The notes below the pieces were generated by a model. The model was given only the letters and a program-made list of their open reading frames with translations, did not search any database and was not told the DNA's origin. Shown piece by piece: positions 9,039-19,135 of a stretch of DNA of 39,384 bases; positions within the stretch are counted from its first letter, which is position 1, and each line of letters opens with the position of its first letter. The DNA comes from Bacteroidales bacterium (GTDB lineage: Bacteria > Bacteroidota > Bacteroidia > Bacteroidales > UBA3663): assembly GCA_045642245.1 (NCBI GenBank), contig JAZUIL010000233.1:1-39384 (forward strand). Reading direction: 5' to 3'. A program made the translations under genes and the position numbers.

Positions 9039-10787
9039 TTAATAACCCTTGTTCTGAGTATAGAGACCTGGAACGTAGAAGAGCTGCTGGTAAGGAATTG
9101 GCCAGTACTCGTTCTTGCCAGCCTGGAAGCTTGCAGCGTTGAGGTAACCAGCGTAGTCCATACCCTCGTAGTTAGAGTTCTTCTCTGCTGCAAAGTACTC
9201 GTTCATAGTCTTTGAAGCAAGACCCCAACGACGGAGGTCGAAGAAACGCTCTGACTCCATAGCCATCTCAAGACGCTTCTCCCAACGGAGATACATACGA
9301 GCGTCGTCCTTGTTAGCATCAGTTCTGTACATACCCAGGATACCGATCTTGTCAGCAGCGAAGTTGATGTACTTAGCAACAGACTTGTTAGCACGCTCAC
9401 GGAGCTTGTTGATGAGGTCAATACCATCAGCAACCTTGCCAGTCTCAATGAGAGCCTCAGCACGCCAGAGAAGAACTTCAGAGTAACGTACAACGTAATC
9501 GTTCATTGCAAAGCCCTGCCAGGTACCCTCAGTGTAGCTCTCACCCTTTGAACGCTGTGGAACCTCCTTCAAAGAAGTGAAGTAGCCATAAGAAGATGGA
9601 CAGCGAGCGTTCTTATCCTTATCGAGCATATACTCGCTCTCATACTTATAAGGATAGGTAGGAAGACCTACAGTGTGGAAGAGACGTGGATCCCACTTCT
9701 GAGTCTGAACTACGCCATTGAGAGGATAGATGTTGTGCTCCTTCTCATAGTCGTTGAACATTGGAAGACCATTATCATCAACCTTGAATGCATTTACGAG
9801 GTTCTGTGATGGCTTGTGGAAGTCCCAACCCTTTGACCAGATACCGTGGCAACCGTTAAGCATGTTGCTCCAGTTTGAACGACCGAACTTGGTGTTGTCA
9901 TCCTCATAGTTAGAGTGCTGAACAGCGAAGATTGACTCGCAGTTGTTCTTGTTGTTCTCCATGAAGAGGTCACCGAAGTCATCCTCCAACTTGAATGGAC
10001 CAGCCAAAACATCACCGGTGTACTTGATAACCTTTTCCATATCGCCAGAGTTAATGTGGTTATAGCCAGTATTAGCCTCATAACCATCACCGTAAGCCTT
10101 GGTCAAGTAGCACTTAGCCAACATAGCAGCTGCAGCATACTTGGTAACGCGGGCCTTCTCGCTCTGACGCTCAGGAAGATTGTTGTAAGCATACTCGAAG
10201 TCAGCGATGATCTTGTCCATCAACTGCTCATGGGTCAACTCGTCGTTACGAGTCTGCTCCTGAGTAGCATTAGCGAGGATCTCCTCGTCAATGAATGGAA
10301 CCTGATAGAAAAGCTGAGCCAGCTTGAGATAGAAGTGTGCACGGAGGAAGTGAGCCTCGCCATCGCGGCTCTTTGCTACCTCAGCACCGAGCTTATCGAC
10401 ACCCTTATCGCGTACAGCCATGATAGCACGGTTGCAACGAGAGATTGAAACATAGAGGTGATACCAGAGCTCATCCATATGACCGCCAGGGTTGGTAGAA
10501 GAAAGAGAACTCCAGATTTCTACTGCGTGATACTCAGTATCGCCAGTATCACCACCGCCTTTGAGAGCGTCATCGCTGGCCAGTGAGCCATAAGGCCAGA
10601 GGTTGAAAGGATATGTATACCAGTCAGCGCCGAGAGCTGCATAAGCTGCAGTCACCATTGCGTCTGGATCATCGAATGCAAGCTCCTCATCAACGATACC
10701 TGAAGGCTTTACCTCGAGGAAATCGTCGCAGCTGCTAAAGCTCAAAGTAGCAGCAAGTGCAAGGGCTCCGAAAATATATTTTTTCAT
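9039..10787 (-). CDS. susD: SusD/RagB family glycan-binding lipoprotein
   Basis: Lipobox FSSCDDFL; EAHFLRAHFY, RYSEVLLWRAEA, RFFDLRRWG, WPIP and terminal QNKGY. Confidence 0.95.
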   Translation of the reverse strand: MKKYIFGALALAATLSFSSCDDFLEVKPSGIVDEELAFDDPDAMVTAAYAALGADWYTYPFNLWPYGSLASDDALKGGGDTGDTEYHAVEIWSSLSSTNPGGHMDELWYHLYVSISRCNRAIMAVRDKGVDKLGAEVAKSRDGEAHFLRAHFYLKLAQLFYQVPFIDEEILANATQEQTRNDELTHEQLMDKIIADFEYAYNNLPERQSEKARVTKYAAAAMLAKCYLTKAYGDGYEANTGYNHINSGDMEKVIKYTGDVLAGPFKLEDDFGDLFMENNKNNCESIFAVQHSNYEDDNTKFGRSNWSNMLNGCHGIWSKGWDFHKPSQNLVNAFKVDDNGLPMFNDYEKEHNIYPLNGVVQTQKWDPRLFHTVGLPTYPYKYESEYMLDKDKNARCPSSYGYFTSLKEVPQRSKGESYTEGTWQGFAMNDYVVRYSEVLLWRAEALIETGKVADGIDLINKLRERANKSVAKYINFAADKIGILGMYRTDANKDDARMYLRWEKRLEMAMESERFFDLRRWGLASKTMNEYFAAEKNSNYEGMDYAGYLNAASFQAGKNEYWPIPYQQLFYVPGLYTQNKGY

Positions 10788-10838
10788 TGTTATCTTTTTT
10801 AATGATATATAAATATTGAACTTTCCCCATGATGGTAA

Positions 10839-10876
10839 TTACTCCCCTCCCTTGTGGAGGGGTCGGGGGAGGGTCC
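10839..10876. repeat. REP-family copy between susC and susD
   Basis: TTACTCCCCTCCCTTGTGGAGGGGTCGGGGGAGGGTCC, the exact 38-bp reverse complement of 27610-27647. Confidence 0.9.
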
Positions 10877-10880
10877 CTTT

Positions 10881-13800
10881 TTAGAATCCTATCTGGAGGC
10901 CGAAGCTTACAGAGGTTGAGATAGGATAAGCGAAGCCTGGGTTCTCAGGATCGGTGCAAGTCAAGCTGCTGCTCTTGATAGTAGCGAGGTTGTTGCCACT
11001 GAGATAAACACGAGCACTGCCGATGTTTGCCTTCTTGAGGAGCTTCTCTGGGAAGTTGTAACCTACCTGGAGGGTACGGAGCTTGAGGTAAGAACCATTC
11101 TCTACGAAGTATGTAGAAGCACGACCTTCGTCAGAGTTATTCATAGTTGAAAGCATTGGGATGGTGCTCTTCTCATTTACGCCTGGCAACCAAGCGTCGA
11201 GGAGACGACTACCCTTGCTTGAGTTAACGTCTACGAGACCGTAGAAGTCGGTCTGGAACTTCTGGCCGTTGTAAACATCCTGACCAGCAACACCCTGCCA
11301 GAACATCTGAAAGTCGAAGCCCTTATAGTCGAGGTTTACAGTAAGACCATATGAGAAGTCTGGTACTGGGTTGAAGATCCAAGTCTGGTCATCGCTGTTG
11401 ATTACGCCGTTACCATCGAGGTCAGCATACTTGATACCACCGAGACGTGCATTCTCCTGACCTGAAGCGAGAACTTCCTCGCGGCTGGTGAAGAGACCAT
11501 CAGCAACATAACCTACGCTCGAACCGTAAGGCACCTTAGCCTCGATGAGGTTCTGCTTAGAGGTGTGTGCATAAGAACCAGTAGTGGTCTCTGGCAACCA
11601 AGTTACACGGTTGCGGAAGAAGTCAACGTTACCAGAGATGTTGTAACCCATACCGAATGAAGTAGTGCCACGGTAGCCAAGGGTGAGCTCCATACCCCAG
11701 TTACGGAGAGATGGACCATTGAGCCAGCTTGCACCACCCTCACCTACAGAACCGAGGTAAGCAGGGTTGATAAGCATATCCTTTACGTCCTTGATATATG
11801 CATCGAAGGTACCATAGAGATCGTTGTTGAAGAAACCGAAGTCAGCACCGAAGTTCCACTGCTCAGCGGTCTCCCACTTGAGGTTATCGTTACCAGTACT
11901 CTGTACACGGTAGCCGCTGTTGAACTGGCCGCCGCCTTCACCCTTCATATCGTAAGCAGTACCGTCCTGACGGCCTGTACCGTAGTCAGCGATGAAGATG
12001 GTGTAACGTGCAGAGTTGTCGATAGCCTGGTTACCAGTCTGACCCCAAGAAGCACGGAGCTTCAAGTCAGAGAGCCAGTCGAAGTGGAGATTCTTAGAAA
12101 GACGATAACCGAGAGAAGCTGCTGGGAAGGTACCGTAGCGGTTGTTCTTACCGAAGCGGCTCGAACCATCTCGACGGATGGTGAATGATGCGAGGATCAA
12201 ATCCTGCCAGTTATAGTCGAGTTTGCCGAAGAAAGAAACAAGTGAGTAACCTACGTTAGCACCATAGAGGCGCTGTGTGCCAGTAGCAGCGTTAGGCCAC
12301 ATATAAAGCTGATTCTCAATAGCGAAGCCTTCAGCAGTACCGTTGATGTTTACGAAGTCCTGCTTGTAGAGCTCGAAACCAGCCAAAGCGGTGAGGGTGT
12401 GATCCTCTGGCAGTGGTACGAGGTAGTTAGCGGTGTTTGACCAGTTCCACTTCAAGTCGTTGGTCTGATCTACACTGGTCTTAGGAGTCTTCTCAGATAC
12501 GTTATCAGAGATGAAGGTGTAGGTCATGTGGTGAATGAAGTTGGCATTGTAGTCAATACCGAAGTTTGAACGGAGGTCAAGGCCCTTGATAGGCTTGATG
12601 TTGATGAAGCCGTTACCAAAGATACGCCACATCTTGAGGCGGTTATCCTTGTTGTAAGCGAGCTCGCGCATAGGGTTCTGACGGTCACGCATAGAACCAA
12701 CAGGACCACCGTAAGTTGTACCATCCTTCTCGAATACAGGGATGATAGCTGGCATCTTGAGTGCATTCTCAAGTGGAGCGCAGTCTACCTGATCACTGTA
12801 AGTAAGAGTGAAGTTCTCGCCTACGTTAATATACTTATTAATATTATAGGTAGAGTTGAGACGGATTGCGATGTTCTCGAAGTCAGTGTACTTCAAGACA
12901 CCTTCAGCCTTCTTATAACCGATGCTGAGCATCTGAGTGCTCTTCTCAGTACCATTGCTGATAGAAAGGTCATAGTTCTGAGTGATACCAGTACGGCTGA
13001 TCTCGCCGAGCCAGTCGGTATCGCTGAGCTGCATCTTCTGGCTGGCGTTGATAAACTCGCCATTGCCATAAGCACCAGCTACGGTGTAGTTGTTATACTG
13101 ACCAGTTGCAGGGTTGTATGCAGTGATGCCGAAGCCGCTGCCAGCGTTGAGGTTGAGACCATAATTGTAAGCATAAGCTACAGGATCCATACCGTCGTTG
13201 AGAGCAGCCTGTGCCATAGCTGTAGCGTACTGCTTAGCGTTGAGGAGCTTCATCTTCGACTGACCATTGTAGAAGTTAGCAGTTACAGCTGCATTGAAGT
13301 CAATCTTAACCTTACCCTCATTCTTCTTACCGCTCTTGGTGGTGATGATGATGACACCGTTAGCAGCACGTGAACCGTAGATAGAAGCCGAAGCCGCATC
13401 CTTCAAAACCTGCATTGACTCGATGTCGGCAGCGTTGAGAGTGTTGAGGCCAGAGGTGGTTGGCACACCATCGATAACGTAAAGAGGATCCTGGTTAGAG
13501 TTGATAGAGCCGATACCACGGATACGGATGGTAGCAGTACCTGCTGGAGAACCGTTGGTGGTGACGGTCATACCTGCAACCTTACCCTGCAGTGACTTCA
13601 TTGGGTCAGGGTTGCTGTTGGTCTTCATGTCCTTAGTAGAAACTACAGCTACCGAACCGGTGAGGTCGGCCTTACGCTGTACGGTATAACCAGTTACTAC
13701 GAATTCTTCGAGCATCTGGCTGTCTTCGCTCATCTCTACCTCCATCTTCTCCTGTGCAGGGAGAGTGACAGTGGTGTAGCCGATGTAGCTGAACTGAAGG

Positions 13801-14006
13801 GTAGCACCCTTCTGAACGGTGAGTTCGAAGTTGCCATCAAAATCGGTAACAGTACCGTTCTGAGTTCCCACTTCGAGGACGGTAGCACCCAGGACAGGCT
13901 CACCTAAGCCCTTGTCCATGACAGTACCGCTCACCTTCATTGTCTGGGCCAATGCCAGCACGGTAGTGCAGAGCATCATGGCTGCGATCAATAGGAATCG
14001 TTTCAT
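10881..14006 (-). CDS. susC: SusC-like TonB-dependent transporter
   Basis: VLKDAASASIYGSRAANGVIIITTK, PLYVIDG, LKWET, ENGSYLKLR, terminal Phe; start MKRFLL at 14006. Confidence 0.96.
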   Translation of the reverse strand: MKRFLLIAAMMLCTTVLALAQTMKVSGTVMDKGLGEPVLGATVLEVGTQNGTVTDFDGNFELTVQKGATLQFSYIGYTTVTLPAQEKMEVEMSEDSQMLEEFVVTGYTVQRKADLTGSVAVVSTKDMKTNSNPDPMKSLQGKVAGMTVTTNGSPAGTATIRIRGIGSINSNQDPLYVIDGVPTTSGLNTLNAADIESMQVLKDAASASIYGSRAANGVIIITTKSGKKNEGKVKIDFNAAVTANFYNGQSKMKLLNAKQYATAMAQAALNDGMDPVAYAYNYGLNLNAGSGFGITAYNPATGQYNNYTVAGAYGNGEFINASQKMQLSDTDWLGEISRTGITQNYDLSISNGTEKSTQMLSIGYKKAEGVLKYTDFENIAIRLNSTYNINKYINVGENFTLTYSDQVDCAPLENALKMPAIIPVFEKDGTTYGGPVGSMRDRQNPMRELAYNKDNRLKMWRIFGNGFINIKPIKGLDLRSNFGIDYNANFIHHMTYTFISDNVSEKTPKTSVDQTNDLKWNWSNTANYLVPLPEDHTLTALAGFELYKQDFVNINGTAEGFAIENQLYMWPNAATGTQRLYGANVGYSLVSFFGKLDYNWQDLILASFTIRRDGSSRFGKNNRYGTFPAASLGYRLSKNLHFDWLSDLKLRASWGQTGNQAIDNSARYTIFIADYGTGRQDGTAYDMKGEGGGQFNSGYRVQSTGNDNLKWETAEQWNFGADFGFFNNDLYGTFDAYIKDVKDMLINPAYLGSVGEGGASWLNGPSLRNWGMELTLGYRGTTSFGMGYNISGNVDFFRNRVTWLPETTTGSYAHTSKQNLIEAKVPYGSSVGYVADGLFTSREEVLASGQENARLGGIKYADLDGNGVINSDDQTWIFNPVPDFSYGLTVNLDYKGFDFQMFWQGVAGQDVYNGQKFQTDFYGLVDVNSSKGSRLLDAWLPGVNEKSTIPMLSTMNNSDEGRASTYFVENGSYLKLRTLQVGYNFPEKLLKKANIGSARVYLSGNNLATIKSSSLTCTDPENPGFAYPISTSVSFGLQIGF

Positions 14007-14123
14007 GTTTTGTGTTGTTAAAATAGGTTTGTAAATTATTATTGTTGTTTGATTTTTTTCATGGTGTTTTGCTTTCTGGTATTGGAATCCTCCACAATAC
14101 GAATTCCGACACATTTTGCGGTG

Positions 14124-14207
14124 CAAAGATATTCACCTTATTATAATTGAGCATCAAAGAATGTTGCGCGAAACAATATTTTTGTTGCAAATACACATTT
14201 TGCAACA
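14124..14207 (-). promoter_or_regulatory. susC promoter: -7 TATCTTTG plus upstream TGTTGC repeats (candidate regulator site)
   Basis: -7 at 14124-14131; TGTTGC at 14162 and 14183 (21-bp spacing); inverted repeat TGTTGCAAA-N7-TTTGCAACA at 14183-14207. Confidence 0.65.
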
Positions 14208-14297
14208 TATTTTCCATCAAATGAGCGAAAAATCTCACACTTCACTTACTTTTTTAGATGTTTCATTCCGAATTTTATCAAGACAAAGGTAGCATTA

Positions 14298-14490
14298 GAT
14301 TTCCTGAAGTGCATTTCTTGGTCATGAAAAGGACATCTGGATTTCATAAAGAACCTTTCTTGGTCGTGGCATCCTTATCACGGTACCGTGGAAAGGATGC
14401 CACGACGTAAAATAGGAACAAACGAAATCGTGACAGCACATTTTAAAGCATGGCATCCTAAAACGCGTACGGAAATTAGGATGCCATGGA
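14298..14490. repeat. Second 42-bp-lattice palindrome array (same CATCC..GTAC..GGATG unit)
   Basis: GATTTC at 14298/14340, TTTCTTGGTC at 14314/14356, CATCC at 14370/14454, GTAC at 14383/14467, GGATG at 14395/14479. Confidence 0.85.
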
Positions 14491-14645
14491 CAATAATATC
14501 AACACAATGAACAATGTGTTGACATTTTAAGCCTAGAAATGAAGAAAAACCTAAAAACAAGTAGTATTTGTATCATTTTCTTCAACATTTGTTGCGAGTT
14601 TTGTCTCATGAACGATTTGTTATATTGCTCTCCTAATTAAATATC

Positions 14646-14766
14646 TATCTTTGCACCGTCAAAACAATAGTACTTTTCGACATTGTGAATTTGGTAATAA
14701 TAAGGTATTATAGGTAATGTGAATGAAAAAAGGCCGAAGATGTGAATCTTTGGTCTTTTATTTTTT
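14646..14766 (+). ncRNA. Candidate ~105-nt intergenic sRNA with its own promoter and terminator
   Basis: TATCTTTG at 14646-14653; AU-rich body with three GGTA motifs; hairpin AAAAGGCCGAAGAT-GTGA-ATCTTTGGTCTTTT plus T tract. Confidence 0.55.
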
Positions 14767-14840
14767 ACCCTTATTTTCTCCTTATGTTGTTAACAATTGT
14801 AGCAAATTTCACCATATATCCATTGATTTATGATCGATAA

Positions 14841-14872
14841 TTTGGAGTTATAGCAGGAATCTCATACCTTTG
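14841..14872 (+). promoter_or_regulatory. Sigma-A promoter of the salvage operon
   Basis: TTTG (14841-14844), 20-nt spacer, TACCTTTG (14865-14872). Confidence 0.8.
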
Positions 14873-14915
14873 TAGCGCCTGTTAGTCATTACATCTTAAA
14901 ATATCAATACTATTT

Positions 14916-15533
14916 ATGAATTTCCTGGAAGAAAAGATCCTGCAGGATGGTGTCATTAAAGAGGGCAACATTCTCAAGGTGGACAGTTTCCTGAATCACC
15001 AGATCGACATCGACATCATGCGCCAGATGGCCTATGAGTTCAAGCGACGGTTCCGTGATGTGGAAGTGAACAAGGTGCTGACCATCGAAGCCAGTGGCAT
15101 TGCCATCGCCACACTTTTGGCACATCTATACGATGTACCTGTTGTTTTTGCAAAAAAGAGTCAGACGGCCAACAGTACCGATGACAAGTATGTTGCACAA
15201 GCCTATTCATTTACACACAAGAAGATGAACAATGTCTTCATCTCCAAACCTTATCTCAATGCAACGGACAAGGTGCTTATCGTTGATGACTTCCTGGCTG
15301 ATGGCGAAGCTGCTCACGCGCTCATCGACTTAGTGCATCAGGCAGGTGCTGAGGTAGCAGGTATAGGTATTGCCGTTGAGAAAGGACAGCAGAAAGGTGG
15401 CGGAGAACTGCGAGCAGAAGGGTACCGGCTGGAGTCGCTTGCCATCGTAGAATCGATGGATTGGCAGTCACAGACGATCAAGTTCCGCGAACAGCCTGCC
15501 GTGCCACTCCTGAATCCGAATCTGAAGTCGTAA
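14916..15533 (+). CDS. xpt: Xanthine phosphoribosyltransferase
   Basis: ILKVDSFLNHQID, LTIEASGI, YSFTH and the PRPP motif VLIVDDFLADG. Confidence 0.95.
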   Translation: MNFLEEKILQDGVIKEGNILKVDSFLNHQIDIDIMRQMAYEFKRRFRDVEVNKVLTIEASGIAIATLLAHLYDVPVVFAKKSQTANSTDDKYVAQAYSFTHKKMNNVFISKPYLNATDKVLIVDDFLADGEAAHALIDLVHQAGAEVAGIGIAVEKGQQKGGGELRAEGYRLESLAIVESMDWQSQTIKFREQPAVPLLNPNLKS

Positions 15534-15591
15534 GTATCGATTTCAAAGTTTATTCTAATTGCCTATTTATTATTCTAATCACCAGTTTGCT

Positions 15592-16893
15592 ATGGAGAAT
15601 CAAAAAAGTAACCTTTACCAGCTTGATGGGCGTGTACCTTTGACACAAGCTGTCCCGTTCGGCCTGCAACATGTGCTAGCCATGTTTGTGAGCAACATCA
15701 CTCCAATCATTATTCTTGCAAATATAGTGGGTATCGACCCGGCATTGAGTGCTGCTTTGGTGCAGAACTGTATGATCATCGCCGGTATCGGTACCCTTAT
15801 TCAGCTCTATCCGGTGTGGCGTATCGGTTCACGCCTGCCTATTGTGATGGGTATCAGTTTCACTTTCCTTTCTTTGGCTATAGTCATTGCCACCACTCAG
15901 GGAATGGGAACCTTGATGGGAGCCGTCATCATAGGCGGTATTGTGGAAGGTCTTCTTGGATTATTTCCAAACCAATGGACAAAGCTCATTCCTCATGTCG
16001 TGGCTGCAACCGTAGTTACTGCCATCGGCTTCTCGCTCCTCCCTATCGGAGCAAATAGCTTTGCCGGTGGTCAGGGTGCCGCAGATTTCGGAAGCGTAAA
16101 CAACTGGATTGTAGGAACTATCACGCTGCTGACATGCTTGATTACCCAAATCTTTGCCAAAGGATTCCTCCGCGCTTTGTCTGTGTTAGTAGGCCTCATC
16201 GTAGGTTATATTGTAGCACTTTGCATGGGTATGGTCGATTTCTCCGGCCTTAATAACGTCGATGTGATGGCATTTCCAAAGTTCATGCCATTTACTCCAG
16301 AATTCCATCTTGACGCTATTCTTGCCATTATCTGCGTCTTTCTCGTCTCGGCCACCGAAACAATCGGAGACACCTCAGCTCTCTGTTCTGGTGCCCTCGG
16401 ACGAGAAGTAAACAAAAAGGAAATGGGAGCTTCGGTAGCTTGCGATGGTTTTGTAAGCGTTGTAGCCGGCCTCTTTGGCTGTACTCCTATTACTTCTTTC
16501 TCTCAGAATGTCGGTTTGGCTGCTATTTCAAAGGTTGTCAACCGCTTTACCATTGCTACAGGTGCCTGTATCATGATTATTGGTGGTCTTTTCCCTGTAG
16601 TAGGAACACTCCTCACCTCCATTCCACAAGCTGTATTAGGAGGTTGCACCATCATGATGTTCGGTTCGATCATGTTTGCGGGTTTTGGCATGCTGGCTAA
16701 ATGTGGATTCTCTGATCGAAATATGATCATTGTGGCTCTTTCGCTCAGCATCGGCCTTGGTTTCACTCAGGCAACAGGCATGTTTGCCATTTTCCCGCAG
16801 ATTGTGCAAACCGTATTTGCAGAGAACTGTGTGGCTGTAGTCTTCCTTCTCGCTGTCATCCTGAATCTTGTATTACCTAAAGAAAAGAATTGA
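15592..16893 (+). CDS. NCS2 xanthine/purine permease (PbuX/XanP-like)
   Basis: GLQHVLAMF, ETIGD, SFSQNVG NAT signature, VLGG; follows xpt. Confidence 0.88.
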   Translation: MENQKSNLYQLDGRVPLTQAVPFGLQHVLAMFVSNITPIIILANIVGIDPALSAALVQNCMIIAGIGTLIQLYPVWRIGSRLPIVMGISFTFLSLAIVIATTQGMGTLMGAVIIGGIVEGLLGLFPNQWTKLIPHVVAATVVTAIGFSLLPIGANSFAGGQGAADFGSVNNWIVGTITLLTCLITQIFAKGFLRALSVLVGLIVGYIVALCMGMVDFSGLNNVDVMAFPKFMPFTPEFHLDAILAIICVFLVSATETIGDTSALCSGALGREVNKKEMGASVACDGFVSVVAGLFGCTPITSFSQNVGLAAISKVVNRFTIATGACIMIIGGLFPVVGTLLTSIPQAVLGGCTIMMFGSIMFAGFGMLAKCGFSDRNMIIVALSLSIGLGFTQATGMFAIFPQIVQTVFAENCVAVVFLLAVILNLVLPKEKN

Positions 16894-16894
16894 T

Positions 16895-18238
16895 ATGGAA
16901 TTCAAACCTCAAGAGGGTATCACTGATGCCCGTCAGTTAGGGTATGGTAAATACACCATACTAGGTGTTCAACATCTGTTTGCTATGTTTGGCGCCACCA
17001 TCCTGGTTCCAGCTCTCACCGGATTGCCTGTCTCGACCACCTTGCTCTTTGCAGGTCTTGGCACGCTGGTTTTCCATTTGCTCTCTAAGCGTACTGTTCC
17101 TGCTTTCCTTGGTTCCAGCTTCGCCTTCATCGGTGGTTATCTGTCGGTGAAGCAGATGGGTATGGAGTTAGGCATGAGCGAGTCACTAGCCTTAGGATAT
17201 GCATGTATGGGTGTCTTCTGTGCAGGACTTTGCTATTTCATTATGGCGGCACTGATCAAGTGGTTCGGCACACAGAAGGTACTGCGATTCTTCCCTCCAG
17301 TAGTCACCGGTCCTATGGTTATCGCCATCGGCCTGACGCTCTCAGGATCGGCTATCACCAACTGCACGAGCAACTGGCTGTTGGCCATCACGGCCATCGT
17401 CGTCGTAATCGGAGCAAGTACTTGGGGTAAAGGGATCATCAAGATTATCCCGATCCTCCTTGGTGTCGTCGTGTCGTATGCTTTAGCTGCAGTAATGGGA
17501 GAGGTTGACTTTACAAGCGTAGCAGAAGCCGACTGGTTCGGCTTGCCATTCAGTCGCGAGACCTCTGTCCTAGCCGTCTTCGATGACGTAAATACCACCT
17601 TGTTACTCAGCAGTATCATCGCCATTGTTCCGATTGCTTTTGCTACAATCATGGAACATATTGGTGATATGTGCGCCATCTCTTCTACCGTAGGAAAGGA
17701 TTTCCTGGAGAAACCAGGTTTGCATCGCACGTTGATGGGTGATGGCCTTGCTACAGCGTTGGCCAGCCTCTTTGGAGCTCCTGCTAACACTACTTATGGC
17801 GAGAATACCGGTGTACTGAACTTGACTCGTGTGTTCGATCCTGCTGTCATCCGTCTGGCTGCTTGCTTCAGCATCGTACTGAGTTTCTGTCCGAAATTCG
17901 CTTGTCTCATTGGTCTGATGCCAACGGCTACGATCGGTGGTGTGAGCCTGATTCTCTATGGTATGATTTCATCTGTAGGTGTCAGAAACCTAGTTGAATC
18001 GCACGTTGACCTCTCAAGTTCACGTAATGTTTTCGTTGCCGCTTTAATCCTCGTCCTGGCCATCGGTGTCAAATATGGTGCAGGAGATAGTGTTGCCATC
18101 GGCAGTATTCACCTCTCAGGTCTTGCGATTGCAGCTATCGTTGGCATCCTGCTCAATGGTATTTTGCCTGAAAAACTGGGTATGAAAGTAAAGAGCTTCA
18201 ACGGCAAGGAGAAGCATGATATTAAAGAAGAAATTTAA
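16895..18238 (+). CDS. uraA: NCS2 uracil permease
   Basis: GVQHLFAMFGATILVP, FLGSSFAF, EHIGD, NTTYGENTGV; upstream of upp. Confidence 0.9.
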   Translation: MEFKPQEGITDARQLGYGKYTILGVQHLFAMFGATILVPALTGLPVSTTLLFAGLGTLVFHLLSKRTVPAFLGSSFAFIGGYLSVKQMGMELGMSESLALGYACMGVFCAGLCYFIMAALIKWFGTQKVLRFFPPVVTGPMVIAIGLTLSGSAITNCTSNWLLAITAIVVVIGASTWGKGIIKIIPILLGVVVSYALAAVMGEVDFTSVAEADWFGLPFSRETSVLAVFDDVNTTLLLSSIIAIVPIAFATIMEHIGDMCAISSTVGKDFLEKPGLHRTLMGDGLATALASLFGAPANTTYGENTGVLNLTRVFDPAVIRLAACFSIVLSFCPKFACLIGLMPTATIGGVSLILYGMISSVGVRNLVESHVDLSSSRNVFVAALILVLAIGVKYGAGDSVAIGSIHLSGLAIAAIVGILLNGILPEKLGMKVKSFNGKEKHDIKEEI

Positions 18239-18278
18239 TCTCATTAAAACGAGCAAAAAATAACTTGGTATTTTTGCA

Positions 18279-18359
18279 TGTCATCCTGAGTGGAACGAAG
18301 GATCTCGTAAATAGCAAATATAGCAGCGTGTGAGATGTTTCGCTTTGCTCAACATGACA
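18279..18359. repeat. REP-like long hairpin (TGTCATCCTGAG..GAAGGATCTC / GAGAT..TTCG..CTCA..ATGACA type)
   Basis: Imperfect inverted arms at 18279-18306 and 18332-18359 between uraA and upp. Confidence 0.75.
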
Positions 18360-18398
18360 AGTGAAAAAACAAGTTTTTCACTCATATTTATATATACT

Positions 18399-19058
18399 AT
18401 GAAAGTAATCAATCTTAGCGAAAGCTGCAGCATCCTCAATACCTTCTTGGCAGAACTGCGAGATGTGAATGTGCAGAATGAACGTATGCGTTTCCGTCAG
18501 AACATCGTCCGTATCGGTCATGTGGAGGCCTATGAGATCAGTAAATTCCTTTCTTATAGCAAGAAAACCATCCATACACCACTCGATAAATGTGTAGTCA
18601 ATACCTGCGATGATGATGTGGTTGTTGGTACTGTTTTCCGCGCCGGACTTCCTTTGCACCAGAGTTTCCTCGATATTTTCGATGGTGCAGGCAATGCTTT
18701 TGTTTCGGCTTATCGCTACTACAAAGACCGTGAGATGAATGAAGTTGGCATCAAGGTAGAGTATTGCGCTTCTCCTTCGCTTGACGATAAGACACTGATT
18801 CTCGTCGATCCTATGCTGGCTACTGGTGGTAGCTTGGAACTTGCCTATGAAGCGTTGAAGACAAAAGGAACTCCTCGCAGATTAGTGATGGCTTGTGTTA
18901 TTGCTGCTCAGAGTGGTGTCGACTATCTGCAGAAGGTATTCCCATCAGATGATGTGGTTCTGGTTTGCGGTGCTATTGATCCGATACTCAATGAACACAA
19001 GTACATCGTACCAGGTCTTGGCGATGCAGGTGACCTGATGTATGGTGATAAGATCTAA
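18399..19058 (+). CDS. upp: Uracil phosphoribosyltransferase
   Basis: VFRAGL, DPMLATGGS, YIVPGLGDAGD. Confidence 0.95.
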   Translation: MKVINLSESCSILNTFLAELRDVNVQNERMRFRQNIVRIGHVEAYEISKFLSYSKKTIHTPLDKCVVNTCDDDVVVGTVFRAGLPLHQSFLDIFDGAGNAFVSAYRYYKDREMNEVGIKVEYCASPSLDDKTLILVDPMLATGGSLELAYEALKTKGTPRRLVMACVIAAQSGVDYLQKVFPSDDVVLVCGAIDPILNEHKYIVPGLGDAGDLMYGDKI

Positions 19059-19135
19059 TTTAATTCATAATTGAGAATTCATATTTTATAATTGGGATCT
19101 TTACATGAGATTTCATAAATCATAATCAATATCTT

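Noticed and set aside
14873-14915. Purine riboswitch or PyrR attenuator upstream of xpt
   Set aside because: Only about 40 nt between promoter and start codon, and no aptamer consensus visible.
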